Position numbers and translations under genes: made by a program
Assembly: GCA_027717985.1 (NCBI GenBank)
Contig: JALLOO010000001.1
Coordinates: 16,534 to 80,533, forward strand
DNA length: 64,000 nucleotides
Origin: Patescibacteria group bacterium AH-259-L05
GTDB taxonomy: Bacteria; Patescibacteriota; Patescibacteriia; UBA2591; UBA6264
Direction of reading: 5' to 3'
The notes under the pieces: model-generated
The model's input: the letters and a program-made list of their open reading frames with translations, nothing else
What the model was told of the DNA's origin: nothing
The model's database searches: none
Shown here: in pieces, positions 53,088 through 62,070 of the stretch
Position numbering within the stretch: the first letter of the stretch is position 1
Layout of the letters: each line of letters begins with the position of its first letter

Positions 53088-53678
53088 ATGGAGGTAAGAG
53101 CAAGTACAAAATATTTACGGATTTCTCCTAAGAAAATGAGGCGTGTTGTTGATGCAATTCGCGGCATGAGTGTCTCAGAGGCTTTTGATTATCTTAACTT
53201 TATGCCGCAAAAAGCTACGCATTTCATTTCAAAAACACTTCAGTCAGCAGTGGCAAATGCTGAGCACGATTTTTCGCTTGAACAAGATAATCTGGTTATA
53301 AAGAGTATTGTTGTAGATCAAGGTCCAATGTTAAAACGGTGGCGCCCTCGTGCCTTTGGGCGAGCTGCACCAATTCGCAAGCGCAGTTCACATATATCAG
53401 TAATTTTAGAGCAAATTGAGGAAGGGAAAAGTGTAGTATCGCGGAAAGAAAAATTAAAAGAACCAGCTATTGGGCCAGTAGCAAAAGAAAAGCGAGCGCC
53501 AGCTAAAGTTGAGGAAAAAGATAAGGACGTGTCAAAGAAAAAAAGAGAACAAAGGGCAAAAAAGATTTTTGATATTCGCCGCAAAGGTAAAAAAAGGTCA
53601 AAACAGCATCTTGATAAAGTCCGGCGTAAAGGGAAAAAAGGAGGACTCGCTACTGTTTTCAGAAGAAAAAGTATTTAA
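53088..53678 (+). CDS. rplV: 50S ribosomal protein L22 with an ~80-aa lysine-rich C-terminal extension
   Basis: N-terminal ~115 aa are L22 (YLRISPKKMRRVVDAIRG...LKRWRPRAFGRAAPIRKRSSHISVIL). The tail is K/E/R-rich. Confidence 0.92.
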   Translation: MEVRASTKYLRISPKKMRRVVDAIRGMSVSEAFDYLNFMPQKATHFISKTLQSAVANAEHDFSLEQDNLVIKSIVVDQGPMLKRWRPRAFGRAAPIRKRSSHISVILEQIEEGKSVVSRKEKLKEPAIGPVAKEKRAPAKVEEKDKDVSKKKREQRAKKIFDIRRKGKKRSKQHLDKVRRKGKKGGLATVFRRKSI

Positions 53679-53691
53679 CTAATTTAAACTT

Positions 53692-54354
53692 ATGGGGAGA
53701 AAAGTAAATCCAAGAATATTCCGTATTCCCCTGGTACGAGATTGGGAATCTAAGTGGTTTGCGAAAGGGTATACGTTTCGACAGTTTCTCAAGGAAGATT
53801 TACAGATCAGAAAGTTTTTAGAGCAGCGGTTAAAGAATTGTTGGGTCTCATCGATTGGAATAGAGCGCGTTGCCAATACGATACGCGTTATTATTCATAG
53901 CGCAAAACCAGGCCTTATTATTGGTCGAGGCGGACTTGATATTGAAGGAATTAAAAAGACTATTAAAGATGAATTTTTAGGACCGGGTATAACACTTGAG
54001 ATAAATGTAATTGAAGAGTCCTCACCAATGCTTTCAGCAGCAATAGTGTTAGAAGGTGCAATTGGTGATTTAGAAAAGAGACTCCCCTACCGAAGAGTGT
54101 TAAAAAAAGTTGTAAGACAAGTGATGTCTGCGGGAGCTCAGGGAGTAAAAATAATGGTAAGTGGACGACTCGGTGGAGTGGAAATTGCGCGTTCAGAAAA
54201 GTTAATTCAGGGTAAACTCCCGCTCCACACCATGCGTGCTGATATTGATTATGCACGCGCAACCGCAGCAACCTTATATGGCTCTATTGGGGTAAAAGTT
54301 TGGATTTATAAAGGGGAGAAGTTTGAGCAAGATAAGACTAAGAAGAAGGAATAA
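53692..54354 (+). CDS. rpsC: 30S ribosomal protein S3
   Basis: MGRKVNPRIFRI...WESKWFA, with KH domain motifs. Confidence 0.97.
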   Translation: MGRKVNPRIFRIPLVRDWESKWFAKGYTFRQFLKEDLQIRKFLEQRLKNCWVSSIGIERVANTIRVIIHSAKPGLIIGRGGLDIEGIKKTIKDEFLGPGITLEINVIEESSPMLSAAIVLEGAIGDLEKRLPYRRVLKKVVRQVMSAGAQGVKIMVSGRLGGVEIARSEKLIQGKLPLHTMRADIDYARATAATLYGSIGVKVWIYKGEKFEQDKTKKKE

Positions 54355-54363
54355 CGATTTTTT

Positions 54364-54792
54364 ATGTTAATGCCAAAAAAGACAAAATATAGGAAAGCGC
54401 AAAAGGGCAGGCGGCGGAAGCACGCAGTTGCTACAAAAGGCACTTCATTGAGTTTTGGTGAGTATGGGCTCAAATCTTTAGAGACACATTGGGTTACGGC
54501 TCGCCAGATCGAAGCGGCCCGGCGTGTTTTGACACGATATTTAAGAAAGGGAGGGAAAATGTGGATTAGAATATTTCCTGATAAACCAGTAACTATGAAA
54601 GGGTCTGAGGTGCCGATGGGAGGCGGCAAGGGTGCGGTAGATCATTATGTCACACCCGTTAAAGCAGGCACAATTATATTTGAAATTACGGGCATAGATG
54701 AAGAAACGGCCAAGCATGCCTTGAATTCAGCATCATATAAGTTGCCGGTGAAAACTAAATTTATTTCAAAAGGACAGTGGTATGAAAATTAA
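54364..54792 (+). CDS. rplP: 50S ribosomal protein L16
   Basis: MLMPKKTKYRKAQKGR...FGEYGLKSLE...ARQIEAARR. Confidence 0.97.
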   Translation: MLMPKKTKYRKAQKGRRRKHAVATKGTSLSFGEYGLKSLETHWVTARQIEAARRVLTRYLRKGGKMWIRIFPDKPVTMKGSEVPMGGGKGAVDHYVTPVKAGTIIFEITGIDEETAKHALNSASYKLPVKTKFISKGQWYEN

Positions 54793-54970
54793 TGAGCTTC
54801 GTAAAAAAACAGAGGCGGAATTAACAACATTGTTAGTAGAATCGCGAGAACAGTTGCGCGCGGCTCGATTTGATATTCAATTAAAGCAGTCAAAAAATGT
54901 TCGTGAGATACGAAAAATTAAAAAGACGATCGCACATATTTTAACTATTTTAAAAGAAAAATATGAATAA
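54782..54970 (+). CDS. rpmC: 50S ribosomal protein L29
   Basis: 62 aa; [21 protein letters not shown]; operon position. Confidence 0.9.
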   Translation: MKINELRKKTEAELTTLLVESREQLRAARFDIQLKQSKNVREIRKIKKTIAHILTILKEKYE

Positions 54971-55199
54971 ACGACAATTTCAAGGGAAAGTGGTAAGTGA
55001 TAAAATGGATAAAACTATTGTAGTGAAGGTGGAGAGGATTAAAATGCATCCGTTATATAAAAAACGGTATCGGGTACATAAAAAGTATAAAGTTCATGAT
55101 GCTCATAACAAGGCAGTCGTAGGCGATACGGTGATATTTGAGGAATGTCGCCCCTTGTCAAAACATAAAAAGTGGCGACTCATTAAAATTATTACATGA
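54963..55199 (+). CDS. rpsQ: 30S ribosomal protein S17
   Basis: [28 protein letters not shown]...KYKVHD. Confidence 0.95.
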   Translation: MNKRQFQGKVVSDKMDKTIVVKVERIKMHPLYKKRYRVHKKYKVHDAHNKAVVGDTVIFEECRPLSKHKKWRLIKIIT

Positions 55200-55564
55200 T
55201 TCAAGCACAAACACGTTTAAAAGCCATTGATAATACGGGTGCAAGAGAAATAATGTGTATTCGCCCGTTGGGTGGGAGTAGGAGGCGGTATGCAGGAATT
55301 GGTGATGTGATTACCGCAACCGTTAAAAAAGCAATTCCCCATAGTATGGTGAGGAAAGGAGATGTGGTACGCGCTGTTATTGTCAGAACAAAAAAAGAGT
55401 ACCGTCGCAAAGATGGTACCTATATTCGGTTTGATGATAATGCGGCGGTAATTCTTGATAAAAAAAAAGAGCCAAAAGGCAGCAGAATTTTTAGTGTTGT
55501 GGCGCGAGAACTCCGCGATAAAGGGTATATAAGAATTATTTCTATGGCTCCCGAAGTCTTGTAA
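55196..55564 (+). CDS. rplN: 50S ribosomal protein L14
   Basis: [23 protein letters not shown]. Confidence 0.97.
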   Translation: MIQAQTRLKAIDNTGAREIMCIRPLGGSRRRYAGIGDVITATVKKAIPHSMVRKGDVVRAVIVRTKKEYRRKDGTYIRFDDNAAVILDKKKEPKGSRIFSVVARELRDKGYIRIISMAPEVL

Positions 55565-55576
55565 ATAAATATAAAT

Positions 55577-55885
55577 ATGAAGATTAGAAAAGATGATACC
55601 GTACAAGTTATTGCGGGCAAAGATCGCGGTAAAAAAGGACGCGTGCTGCGATCCTTGCCAAAGAAAAATAAGGTTGTGCTTGAGGGCTTAAATTTGGTAG
55701 TAAAACATGTCAGGCCGCGTCGTCAGGGAGAAAAAGGTCAGCGAATTAAAATGGCAACGCCCCTTGATACTTCCAGCGTAAAACTTATATGTCCTAAATG
55801 TAAAAAGGCAATGAGAGTAGGATATAAGATATTAGCTAATAAGAAGAAAAAACGATTTTGCAGAAGATGTAAAGGTGTTTTTTAG
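55577..55885 (+). CDS. rplX: 50S ribosomal protein L24 (C-terminal CxxC...CxxC)
   Basis: MKIRKDDTVQVIAGKDRGKKGRVL (KOW motif). C-terminal CPKC-x19-CRRC. Confidence 0.95.
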   Translation: MKIRKDDTVQVIAGKDRGKKGRVLRSLPKKNKVVLEGLNLVVKHVRPRRQGEKGQRIKMATPLDTSSVKLICPKCKKAMRVGYKILANKKKKRFCRRCKGVF

Positions 55886-55902
55886 CTATATTTACAAACT
55901 TT

Positions 55903-55949
55903 AAGAACCATGACTCGCTTCGCTCGTCAGAACCTTGAAGTTTGAAAGG
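55903..55949. repeat. Family-B short dispersed repeat, copy 2 (in the rplX-rplE gap)
   Basis: aagaaccatgactcgcttcgctcgtcagaaccttgaagtttgaaagg. Confidence 0.7.
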
Positions 55950-55985
55950 AGTAATATTTTTATCCAAACTTTAGTTTCTTAATCA

Positions 55986-56528
55986 ATGAGTTTACGACAA
56001 ACATATCAGAAAGAGATTATTCCTGCAATGCAGAAGAAATTTGGGTATACCAATGCACTTGCTGTACCCAAAATAGAAAAGGTTACGGTTAATGTAGGTA
56101 TAAATAGATCAATGAGTGAAAAAAATCCTAAGTATATTGATTTGGTTATACAAACGATTCAAAATATTACGGGACAAAAACCAGTTACCAAGAGGGCGCG
56201 AAAGTCAATCGCAGGATTTAAAATTAGAAACACTACGGTTGTAGGAGTAAACACAGTCCTGCGAGCGTCAAAAATGTATGACTTTCTTGAAAAACTTATT
56301 AATGTCACCCTTCCGCGCATCAGGGATTTTAGAGGACTTTTAAGAAAAAGCGTTGATGCAAATGGAAATTTGTCCATTGGATTTAAAGAGCAGATTATGT
56401 TTCCTGAAATTAATCCTGAAAATGTAGTGAGAACGCACGGCCTGCAAGTAGTTATTACAACAACGGCAAAAACACGAGAGGAAGCGATAGAGCTTTTTAA
56501 ATTGTTTGGAGTTCCTTTTAGAGAATAA
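55986..56528 (+). CDS. rplE: 50S ribosomal protein L5
   Basis: Operon position; [12 protein letters not shown]...RDFRGL...[16 protein letters not shown]. Confidence 0.95.
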   Translation: MSLRQTYQKEIIPAMQKKFGYTNALAVPKIEKVTVNVGINRSMSEKNPKYIDLVIQTIQNITGQKPVTKRARKSIAGFKIRNTTVVGVNTVLRASKMYDFLEKLINVTLPRIRDFRGLLRKSVDANGNLSIGFKEQIMFPEINPENVVRTHGLQVVITTTAKTREEAIELFKLFGVPFRE

Positions 56529-56532
56529 TTAT

Positions 56533-56718
56533 ATGGCGAGAAAAGCACTTATTGAAAAGGCGAATAAAAAGCCAAAATATTCAAGCCGCATCATTCGGCG
56601 TTGTTGGCGTTGTGGAAGAAGGCATGGATACATGCGTGAGTTTGATCTATGCAGGATTTGTTTTAGGGAATTAGCTGCAAAAGGAGCAATTCCTGGCGTA
56701 CGAAAATCCTCATGGTAA
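56533..56718 (+). CDS. rpsN: 30S ribosomal protein S14, type Z (zinc-binding, 61 aa)
   Basis: [46 protein letters not shown] 56533 preferred over the ORF-track start at 56506. Confidence 0.95.
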   Translation: MARKALIEKANKKPKYSSRIIRRCWRCGRRHGYMREFDLCRICFRELAAKGAIPGVRKSSW

Positions 56719-56728
56719 TTAAAATTAT

Positions 56729-56877
56729 AAGAACCTGTTCGCTGCGCTCTCAGAACCTTGTTGTTCGCTTCGCTCACAATAAGCAAAGCTTGAAATTTAA
56801 AAGGTTCATTATCTTATTGCTAAATTATAAGCAAAGCTTGAAATTTAAGAAGTTTTAACCATCTTTATTGTTAAATT
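56729..56877. repeat. Family-B repeat copy 3 followed by a ~50-nt tandem duplication (in the rpsN-rpsH gap)
   Basis: aagaacctgttcgctgcgctctcagaaccttgttgttcgcttcgctc. Unit ataagcaaagcttgaaatttaaaagg...ttattgctaaatt (56779-56826) is repeated at 56827-56877. Confidence 0.75.
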
Positions 56878-56885
56878 ATAAATAT

Positions 56886-57302
56886 ATGACTGATCCAATC
56901 GCAGATATGTTAACAAGAATTCGAAATGCTCTGGCAGCGAAAAAGTCAGAGGTAATTATGCCATATTCAAAAATTAAGTTTGATATTGTTACGATTTTAG
57001 AAAAAGAAAAGTGGATTAAAAAAGTAGAAGTAATAAGTCAAAAACCACTGAGCGCAAAATCAAAAACAAAGTTTAAGCATCTTAAGATAACGTTACGCTA
57101 TAACGATAATAATCAGCCGTCAATCACTAGCCTTAAAAGAGTGAGCACGCCAGGAAGGCGTGTCTACGTTAAAAAAGATAAGACCCCGATTGTATTAAGT
57201 GGATTTGGACTTGCTATTCTCTCCACGTCTAAAGGAATAATGGTAGGGAAGGAGGCATATAAAAAAGGTATTGGGGGAGAATTAATTTGTGAAATAAGCT
57301 AA
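56886..57302 (+). CDS. rpsH: 30S ribosomal protein S8
   Basis: MTDPIADMLTRIRNA. ATG 56886 preferred over the ORF-track start at 56868. Confidence 0.95.
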   Translation: MTDPIADMLTRIRNALAAKKSEVIMPYSKIKFDIVTILEKEKWIKKVEVISQKPLSAKSKTKFKHLKITLRYNDNNQPSITSLKRVSTPGRRVYVKKDKTPIVLSGFGLAILSTSKGIMVGKEAYKKGIGGELICEIS

Positions 57303-57311
57303 TTATATATT

Positions 57312-57866
57312 ATGAGTAGAATTGGAAAACAGCCTATTACAATTCCTGAAGACGTTGATCTATCCATTAACGATAATACAATCATTATAAAAGGGCCAAA
57401 AGGTGAATTAACTCAGAATTTTCCCCGTGTGGTATCAGTTGAGAAAAAAGAAGATCAGCTCGTCGTGCGCGTGAAAGATCCAGAAAATAAAGGGCAGCGC
57501 TCACTCTGGGGGACGTATGCACGACTCATTTCTAATATGATTGATGGCGTACGAGAGGGGTATGAAAAACGATTAGAGTTAGTTGGCGTAGGATTCCGCG
57601 CACGCGTTGAAGATAAAATTTTGGTATTAAATATTGGATTTTCCAATCCAATTAAGTTTAAAATTCCTCAAGGTATTGAGGTAACAATTGAATCAAATAA
57701 TATTGTGATAATAAAAGGGATTGATAAGCAGTTGGTCGGCGAGACCGCAGCGCAAATCAGAAGATTAAGAAAGCCCGAACCATATAAGGGTAAGGGAATC
57801 AAATATAGTGATGAGATTATTCGAAGAAAGGCGGGGAAGAAAGCAACAGCAACGGCAGAAACGTAA
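57312..57866 (+). CDS. rplF: 50S ribosomal protein L6
   Basis: MSRIGKQPITIPEDV...KGPKGEL. Confidence 0.95.
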   Translation: MSRIGKQPITIPEDVDLSINDNTIIIKGPKGELTQNFPRVVSVEKKEDQLVVRVKDPENKGQRSLWGTYARLISNMIDGVREGYEKRLELVGVGFRARVEDKILVLNIGFSNPIKFKIPQGIEVTIESNNIVIIKGIDKQLVGETAAQIRRLRKPEPYKGKGIKYSDEIIRRKAGKKATATAET

Positions 57867-57893
57867 AGAGCGTTATTTATTTTTTTAAAAAGT

Positions 57894-58253
57894 ATGTCTT
57901 CGTATATAAAGCATATTAGACGGGCAAGGCGGCACAGACGGGTGCGTGCCAAAGTTTATGGCACTAAAAAGCGCCCTCGACTATGTGTTTTTAGATCACA
58001 TAAGTATATATACGCCCAGCTCATAGATGATGATAACGGACATACATTAGTGAGCGTACATACAGCAGGAGTAAGTTCTAAAAACAAGAAATTAACAAAA
58101 ACACAAGTTTCATATGAGATAGGTAAGCTTTTAGCAGAGAAAGCAAAAAAGAAAAAAATTACCAGTGTGGTATTTGACCGCGGAGGGTATAAATACCATG
58201 GAAGAGTAAAAGCCGTAGCCGATGGAGCCAGGGAAGGCGGATTAACGTTTTAA
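57894..58253 (+). CDS. rplR: 50S ribosomal protein L18
   Basis: [35 protein letters not shown]...[24 protein letters not shown]. Confidence 0.95.
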   Translation: MSSYIKHIRRARRHRRVRAKVYGTKKRPRLCVFRSHKYIYAQLIDDDNGHTLVSVHTAGVSSKNKKLTKTQVSYEIGKLLAEKAKKKKITSVVFDRGGYKYHGRVKAVADGAREGGLTF

Positions 58254-58255
58254 AT

Positions 58256-58732
58256 ATGGCAAAAAGAAGAGTAAGAAAAAGACAAATGAGGGAGGTAAAA
58301 ACAAAGCCCGAATTTGAGCAGCAGCTCGTCGATCTTGCGCGGGTAACACGGGTAATGAGGGGCGGGAAGCGTTTAAGCTTTCGTGCCTGTATGGTTATTG
58401 GCGATCAAAAGGGAAAGGTTGGCGCTGGTGTAGCAAAGGGGGCAGATGTACAAATTGCTATTGGAAAGGCAGTGCGAAAAGCAAATAAAAAAATAGTAAA
58501 GGTGCGCATGGTAAATGATACTATTCCTCATAAAGTTATAGCAAAATATGGTGCAGCACGTGTTCTGCTTCGCCCTGCACGCAAGGGGCATGGTATTGTT
58601 GCTGGCGGTGCCGCACGAACAGTTCTATCTTTAGTAGGTATTAAAAATATTACTGCTAAAATGTTGGGATCAAAAAATAAAATTAATAATGTAAGAGCAA
58701 CACTCAAGGCGCTTGAGTCATTTAAAAAATAG
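58256..58732 (+). CDS. rpsE: 30S ribosomal protein S5
   Basis: RVTRVMRGGKRLSFRACMVIGD..GKVG.G..KG. Confidence 0.95.
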   Translation: MAKRRVRKRQMREVKTKPEFEQQLVDLARVTRVMRGGKRLSFRACMVIGDQKGKVGAGVAKGADVQIAIGKAVRKANKKIVKVRMVNDTIPHKVIAKYGAARVLLRPARKGHGIVAGGAARTVLSLVGIKNITAKMLGSKNKINNVRATLKALESFKK

Positions 58733-58733
58733 T

Positions 58734-59216
58734 ATGGCAGTTACCTTATCTAATTTACAACCTCAAAAAGGATCACAAGGTCGTAAGAAGCGTCTGGGGC
58801 GTGGTGATGGATCAGGCTATGGTACGTATTCTGGCAGAGGACAAAAAGGTCAGAGAAGTCGATCAGGAGGGAAAAAAGGACTTAAGTTAAAAGGGATGAG
58901 GCGGAATATACGGAATTTGCCTAAACTTCGCGGATTTAAATCAAAAGCAGTAAGGCCAGAAGTTGTTCATCTCGAAGATATTGGTGAGAAATTTAAAAGC
59001 GGCGATACTATTGATCCTCAAAAATTAAAAAAATTTGGGCTGATAAGTGAAAAAACTCAAAAAATTAAGATTTTATGTAAAACGCCTCAAAAGAGTTCTG
59101 ACAAAAAGCTAAAAAAAAGCGGAAATAAAAAGTTCACCATTAAGGCACATGCCATATCATCATCTGCGCAAAAATTAATTAGAAAAGCCGGAGGAAAAGT
59201 AATTGTAATACAATAA
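58734..59216 (+). CDS. rplO: 50S ribosomal protein L15
   Basis: LSNLQPQKGSQGRKKRLGRGDGSGYGTYSGRGQKGQRSRSGG. It starts 2 nt after the rpsE stop, so no L30 gene can fit between them. Confidence 0.93.
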   Translation: MAVTLSNLQPQKGSQGRKKRLGRGDGSGYGTYSGRGQKGQRSRSGGKKGLKLKGMRRNIRNLPKLRGFKSKAVRPEVVHLEDIGEKFKSGDTIDPQKLKKFGLISEKTQKIKILCKTPQKSSDKKLKKSGNKKFTIKAHAISSSAQKLIRKAGGKVIVIQ

Positions 59217-59220
59217 AATT

Positions 59221-60495
59221 ATGCTTGAAAAAATACGACAAATTTTTCAAATTAAAGATTTACGCAATAGCCTGCTTTTTGTAATGGGCATGCTGATAGT
59301 TTTTAGAATTGCCGCACATATACCTGTTCCTGGCGCGAATATAGAAAACTTGAGAAACTTTTTTTCTCAAAATGAAATGTTGGGCATGTTAAATATTTTA
59401 TCGGGTGGTGCAATGAAAAATTTTTCTATCGTTGCTATGGGCGTTGCTCCCTATATTACCGCCTCTATTATTATGCAGCTATTAACTATGGTAATTCCCC
59501 GATTAGAAGAATTAAGCAAAGAAGGTTCATCTGGAACGGCAAAAATTAATCAGTATTCTCGCCTATTAACCGTGCCCTTGGCACTGCTTCAATCATATGG
59601 GCTAATTATGTTGTTTCGCCAATCTGCCCAGCCAATTATTGGAGGCCTTTCTACATTTGAACTTATCAACATTCTTATGGTAATGAGCGCGGGAACAATA
59701 TTTTTAATGTGGATTGGGGAGTTGATTACAGAGAAACGAATCGGTAATGGTATTTCGTTAATTATTTTTGCCGGTATTGTGGAAGGGATACCTATTGCTT
59801 TGCAGCAGTCTATTGTAACGTTTTCAAAAGCGCAGGCTATGAATTGGTTAGTATTAGGAGGGCTTGCATTAATTACTATTGCTGGCGTGGTTATAATCAC
59901 GGAGGGACAGCGAAATATTCCGGTAACGTATGCGCGTCGTATTCGAGGCAATCGTATGTATGGCGGTACGGATACCTATTTACCGTTTCGCGTCAATCAA
60001 GCAGGGATGATACCAATTATTTTTGCGATTTCTATTGTATTATTCCCCGGATTAGTCGGGCAGTTAATGGTGCGGTCAGCTTCATCATTTGTTGCTGGGT
60101 TTGGTAATATATTATTGCAGATCAATCAAAATCAGTTGATCTATGGGCTTCTTTATTTTACGCTTGTGGTTGCATTTACGTACTTTTATACCAGCATTAT
60201 TTTCCATCCTAATCAAATTGCTGATAATTTACAAAAGCAGGGTGGGTTTGTGCCGGGGATTCGGCCAGGCCAGCCGACTGCGAGATTTTTAAAAAATGTA
60301 AGTAATAGAATAATGCCCGCAGGAGCACTTTCATTAGGGGTTATTGCGATTCTTCCTATTATTACCCAAAATGTATTTCGGGTAACGACATTTGTGGTTG
60401 GCGGTGCTGCTATATTAATTGTGGTGAGCGTGGTATTGGAGTCAGTAAAACAAATTCAGGCGCAAATTGCCATGCATGAATATGAAGGAGTATAA
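59221..60495 (+). CDS. secY: Preprotein translocase subunit SecY
   Basis: 424 aa with 10 TM segments. Operon position; GVAPYITASIIMQLL, GNGISLIIFAGI. Confidence 0.95.
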   Translation: MLEKIRQIFQIKDLRNSLLFVMGMLIVFRIAAHIPVPGANIENLRNFFSQNEMLGMLNILSGGAMKNFSIVAMGVAPYITASIIMQLLTMVIPRLEELSKEGSSGTAKINQYSRLLTVPLALLQSYGLIMLFRQSAQPIIGGLSTFELINILMVMSAGTIFLMWIGELITEKRIGNGISLIIFAGIVEGIPIALQQSIVTFSKAQAMNWLVLGGLALITIAGVVIITEGQRNIPVTYARRIRGNRMYGGTDTYLPFRVNQAGMIPIIFAISIVLFPGLVGQLMVRSASSFVAGFGNILLQINQNQLIYGLLYFTLVVAFTYFYTSIIFHPNQIADNLQKQGGFVPGIRPGQPTARFLKNVSNRIMPAGALSLGVIAILPIITQNVFRVTTFVVGGAAILIVVSVVLESVKQIQAQIAMHEYEGV

Positions 60496-60502
60496 CCAGC
60501 TT

Positions 60503-60545
60503 CCCCCCTGTCACCCCGCGCTTCGCGCGGGGTGACGGGGGGGGG
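60503..60545. repeat. Family-A-type GC-rich hairpin directly after secY
   Basis: cccccc-t-gtcaccccgcgc-ttc-gcgcggggtgac-gggggggg. About 18 bp of almost pure G:C pairing in an AT-rich genome. Confidence 0.8.
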
Positions 60546-60636
60546 CGATCCAACATAAAGGTTGGGAAAATACAGAACTTGTGTTATACTATTGTATAGA
60601 TCGTTACATTTCCCAGCCACTTAAAAGGAGGATAGT

Positions 60637-61296
60637 ATGTCAAAGAAAATTTTTAATCTTATTCTTTTAGGACCAGCGGGTTCTGGCAAAGGAACGCAGG
60701 CAGATCTTTTAGTTAAAAAATATAATCTCCAAAAAATAGAAGCAGGAGAATTGGTTCGTGCTAAAGCAAAAGAGGATTCTGAATTAGGAAGAGAGGTACA
60801 TGAAATTCATAAAAGTGGTCGGCATTTACCTGATGATATAATGTTAGCTTTGATGCGCGAGGCTTTTCAGAATATCGAGCCGGATAAAGGAATTTTAGTA
60901 GATGGTTATCCGCGTACGCTTGGTCAAGCAAAAGATCTAGATAAAATAATGAACAGTTTGAAGATAGCAGAGAAAAGGATTGCTATTTTAATAAAGGTGA
61001 GCGATGAAGAGGCTCTCAGACGTCTTTTAAATCGCTCAGTTTGTAGGCAGTGCAAAACAGTATTAATTGGACGAGATAAAAAAATTTGCCCTCGATGTGG
61101 AGGAGAGGTAGTGGTGCGAGACTATGATACTGACGAGACAGCAGTTAGGAAAAGATTACAGTGGTTTCATGAGAAAGTGATGCCGGCAATAGAGTTTTAT
61201 CAACAGCGTAAAATGTTGATCAGAGTTAATGGAGAGCAATCAATTGAGAACGTTTTTGAAGAAACAGTACAAAAGTTAGGCCAAAAGATAAGGTAG
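60637..61296 (+). CDS. adk: Adenylate kinase (Cys4 zinc LID)
   Basis: LLGPAGSGKGTQADLL, DGYPRTLGQA, LID CRQC...CPRC. AAGGAGG SD upstream. Confidence 0.93.
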   Translation: MSKKIFNLILLGPAGSGKGTQADLLVKKYNLQKIEAGELVRAKAKEDSELGREVHEIHKSGRHLPDDIMLALMREAFQNIEPDKGILVDGYPRTLGQAKDLDKIMNSLKIAEKRIAILIKVSDEEALRRLLNRSVCRQCKTVLIGRDKKICPRCGGEVVVRDYDTDETAVRKRLQWFHEKVMPAIEFYQQRKMLIRVNGEQSIENVFEETVQKLGQKIR

Positions 61297-61305
61297 AGGG
61301 AAACC

Positions 61306-62070
61306 ATGGGAATTTCTATCAAAGCTCCAGAAGAGATCAAAATTATGCGAATTGCCGGCGAGATACTTGCTGGTGTACTTTCACGCGTTGTATCTGATGT
61401 TAAGCCCGGTATTTCAACATTTGAATTGGATGCCTTAGCAGAAGAGTTCATTATAAAAGCCGGCGCACAACCGGCTTTTAAGGGATATGAAACAAAGGGT
61501 AAAAAATATCCTGCTACCTTATGCGCCTCAATTAATGAACAATTGGTGCATACTATTCCTTCACAAGATCAAATAATTACGTCAGGTGATATAATTAGCA
61601 TTGATTGCGGCGTCTTATACCAAGGATACTATACTGATATGGCCGTGACTATACCTGTAGGTAAGATACCACGTAAGACAAAAAAATTAATTACCGTAAC
61701 AAAAAAATCCTTGGATATTGCCATAGGAATTATAAAGTCGGGAATTCATTTAGGCGATGTTTCTTATGCAGTGCAGTCCTATGTTGAAAAAAATAGATTT
61801 TCAGTGGTACGACAATTATCTGGGCATGGCATTGGGAAGAACCTTCATGAAGAACCAACCATTTTAAACTATGGGAAACCTGGTACGGGCATTATATTAA
61901 AGTCAGGCATGGCAGTAGCAATTGAGCCAATGGTTAATATTGGCCATTGGAAGGTTAAAACATTAGAGGACGGCTGGACCATTGTAACCGAAGATGGCAG
62001 TTTGTCAGCCCATTTTGAACACACCATTGTAATTACTAAATCTGGCTGCGAAGTTTTAACAAAATTATGA
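61306..62070 (+). CDS. map: Type I methionine aminopeptidase
   Basis: IKAPEEIKIMRIAG...ISIDCGVLYQGYYTDMA...GHGIGKNLHEEP...AIEPM...FEHT. Confidence 0.93.
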   Translation: MGISIKAPEEIKIMRIAGEILAGVLSRVVSDVKPGISTFELDALAEEFIIKAGAQPAFKGYETKGKKYPATLCASINEQLVHTIPSQDQIITSGDIISIDCGVLYQGYYTDMAVTIPVGKIPRKTKKLITVTKKSLDIAIGIIKSGIHLGDVSYAVQSYVEKNRFSVVRQLSGHGIGKNLHEEPTILNYGKPGTGIILKSGMAVAIEPMVNIGHWKVKTLEDGWTIVTEDGSLSAHFEHTIVITKSGCEVLTKL

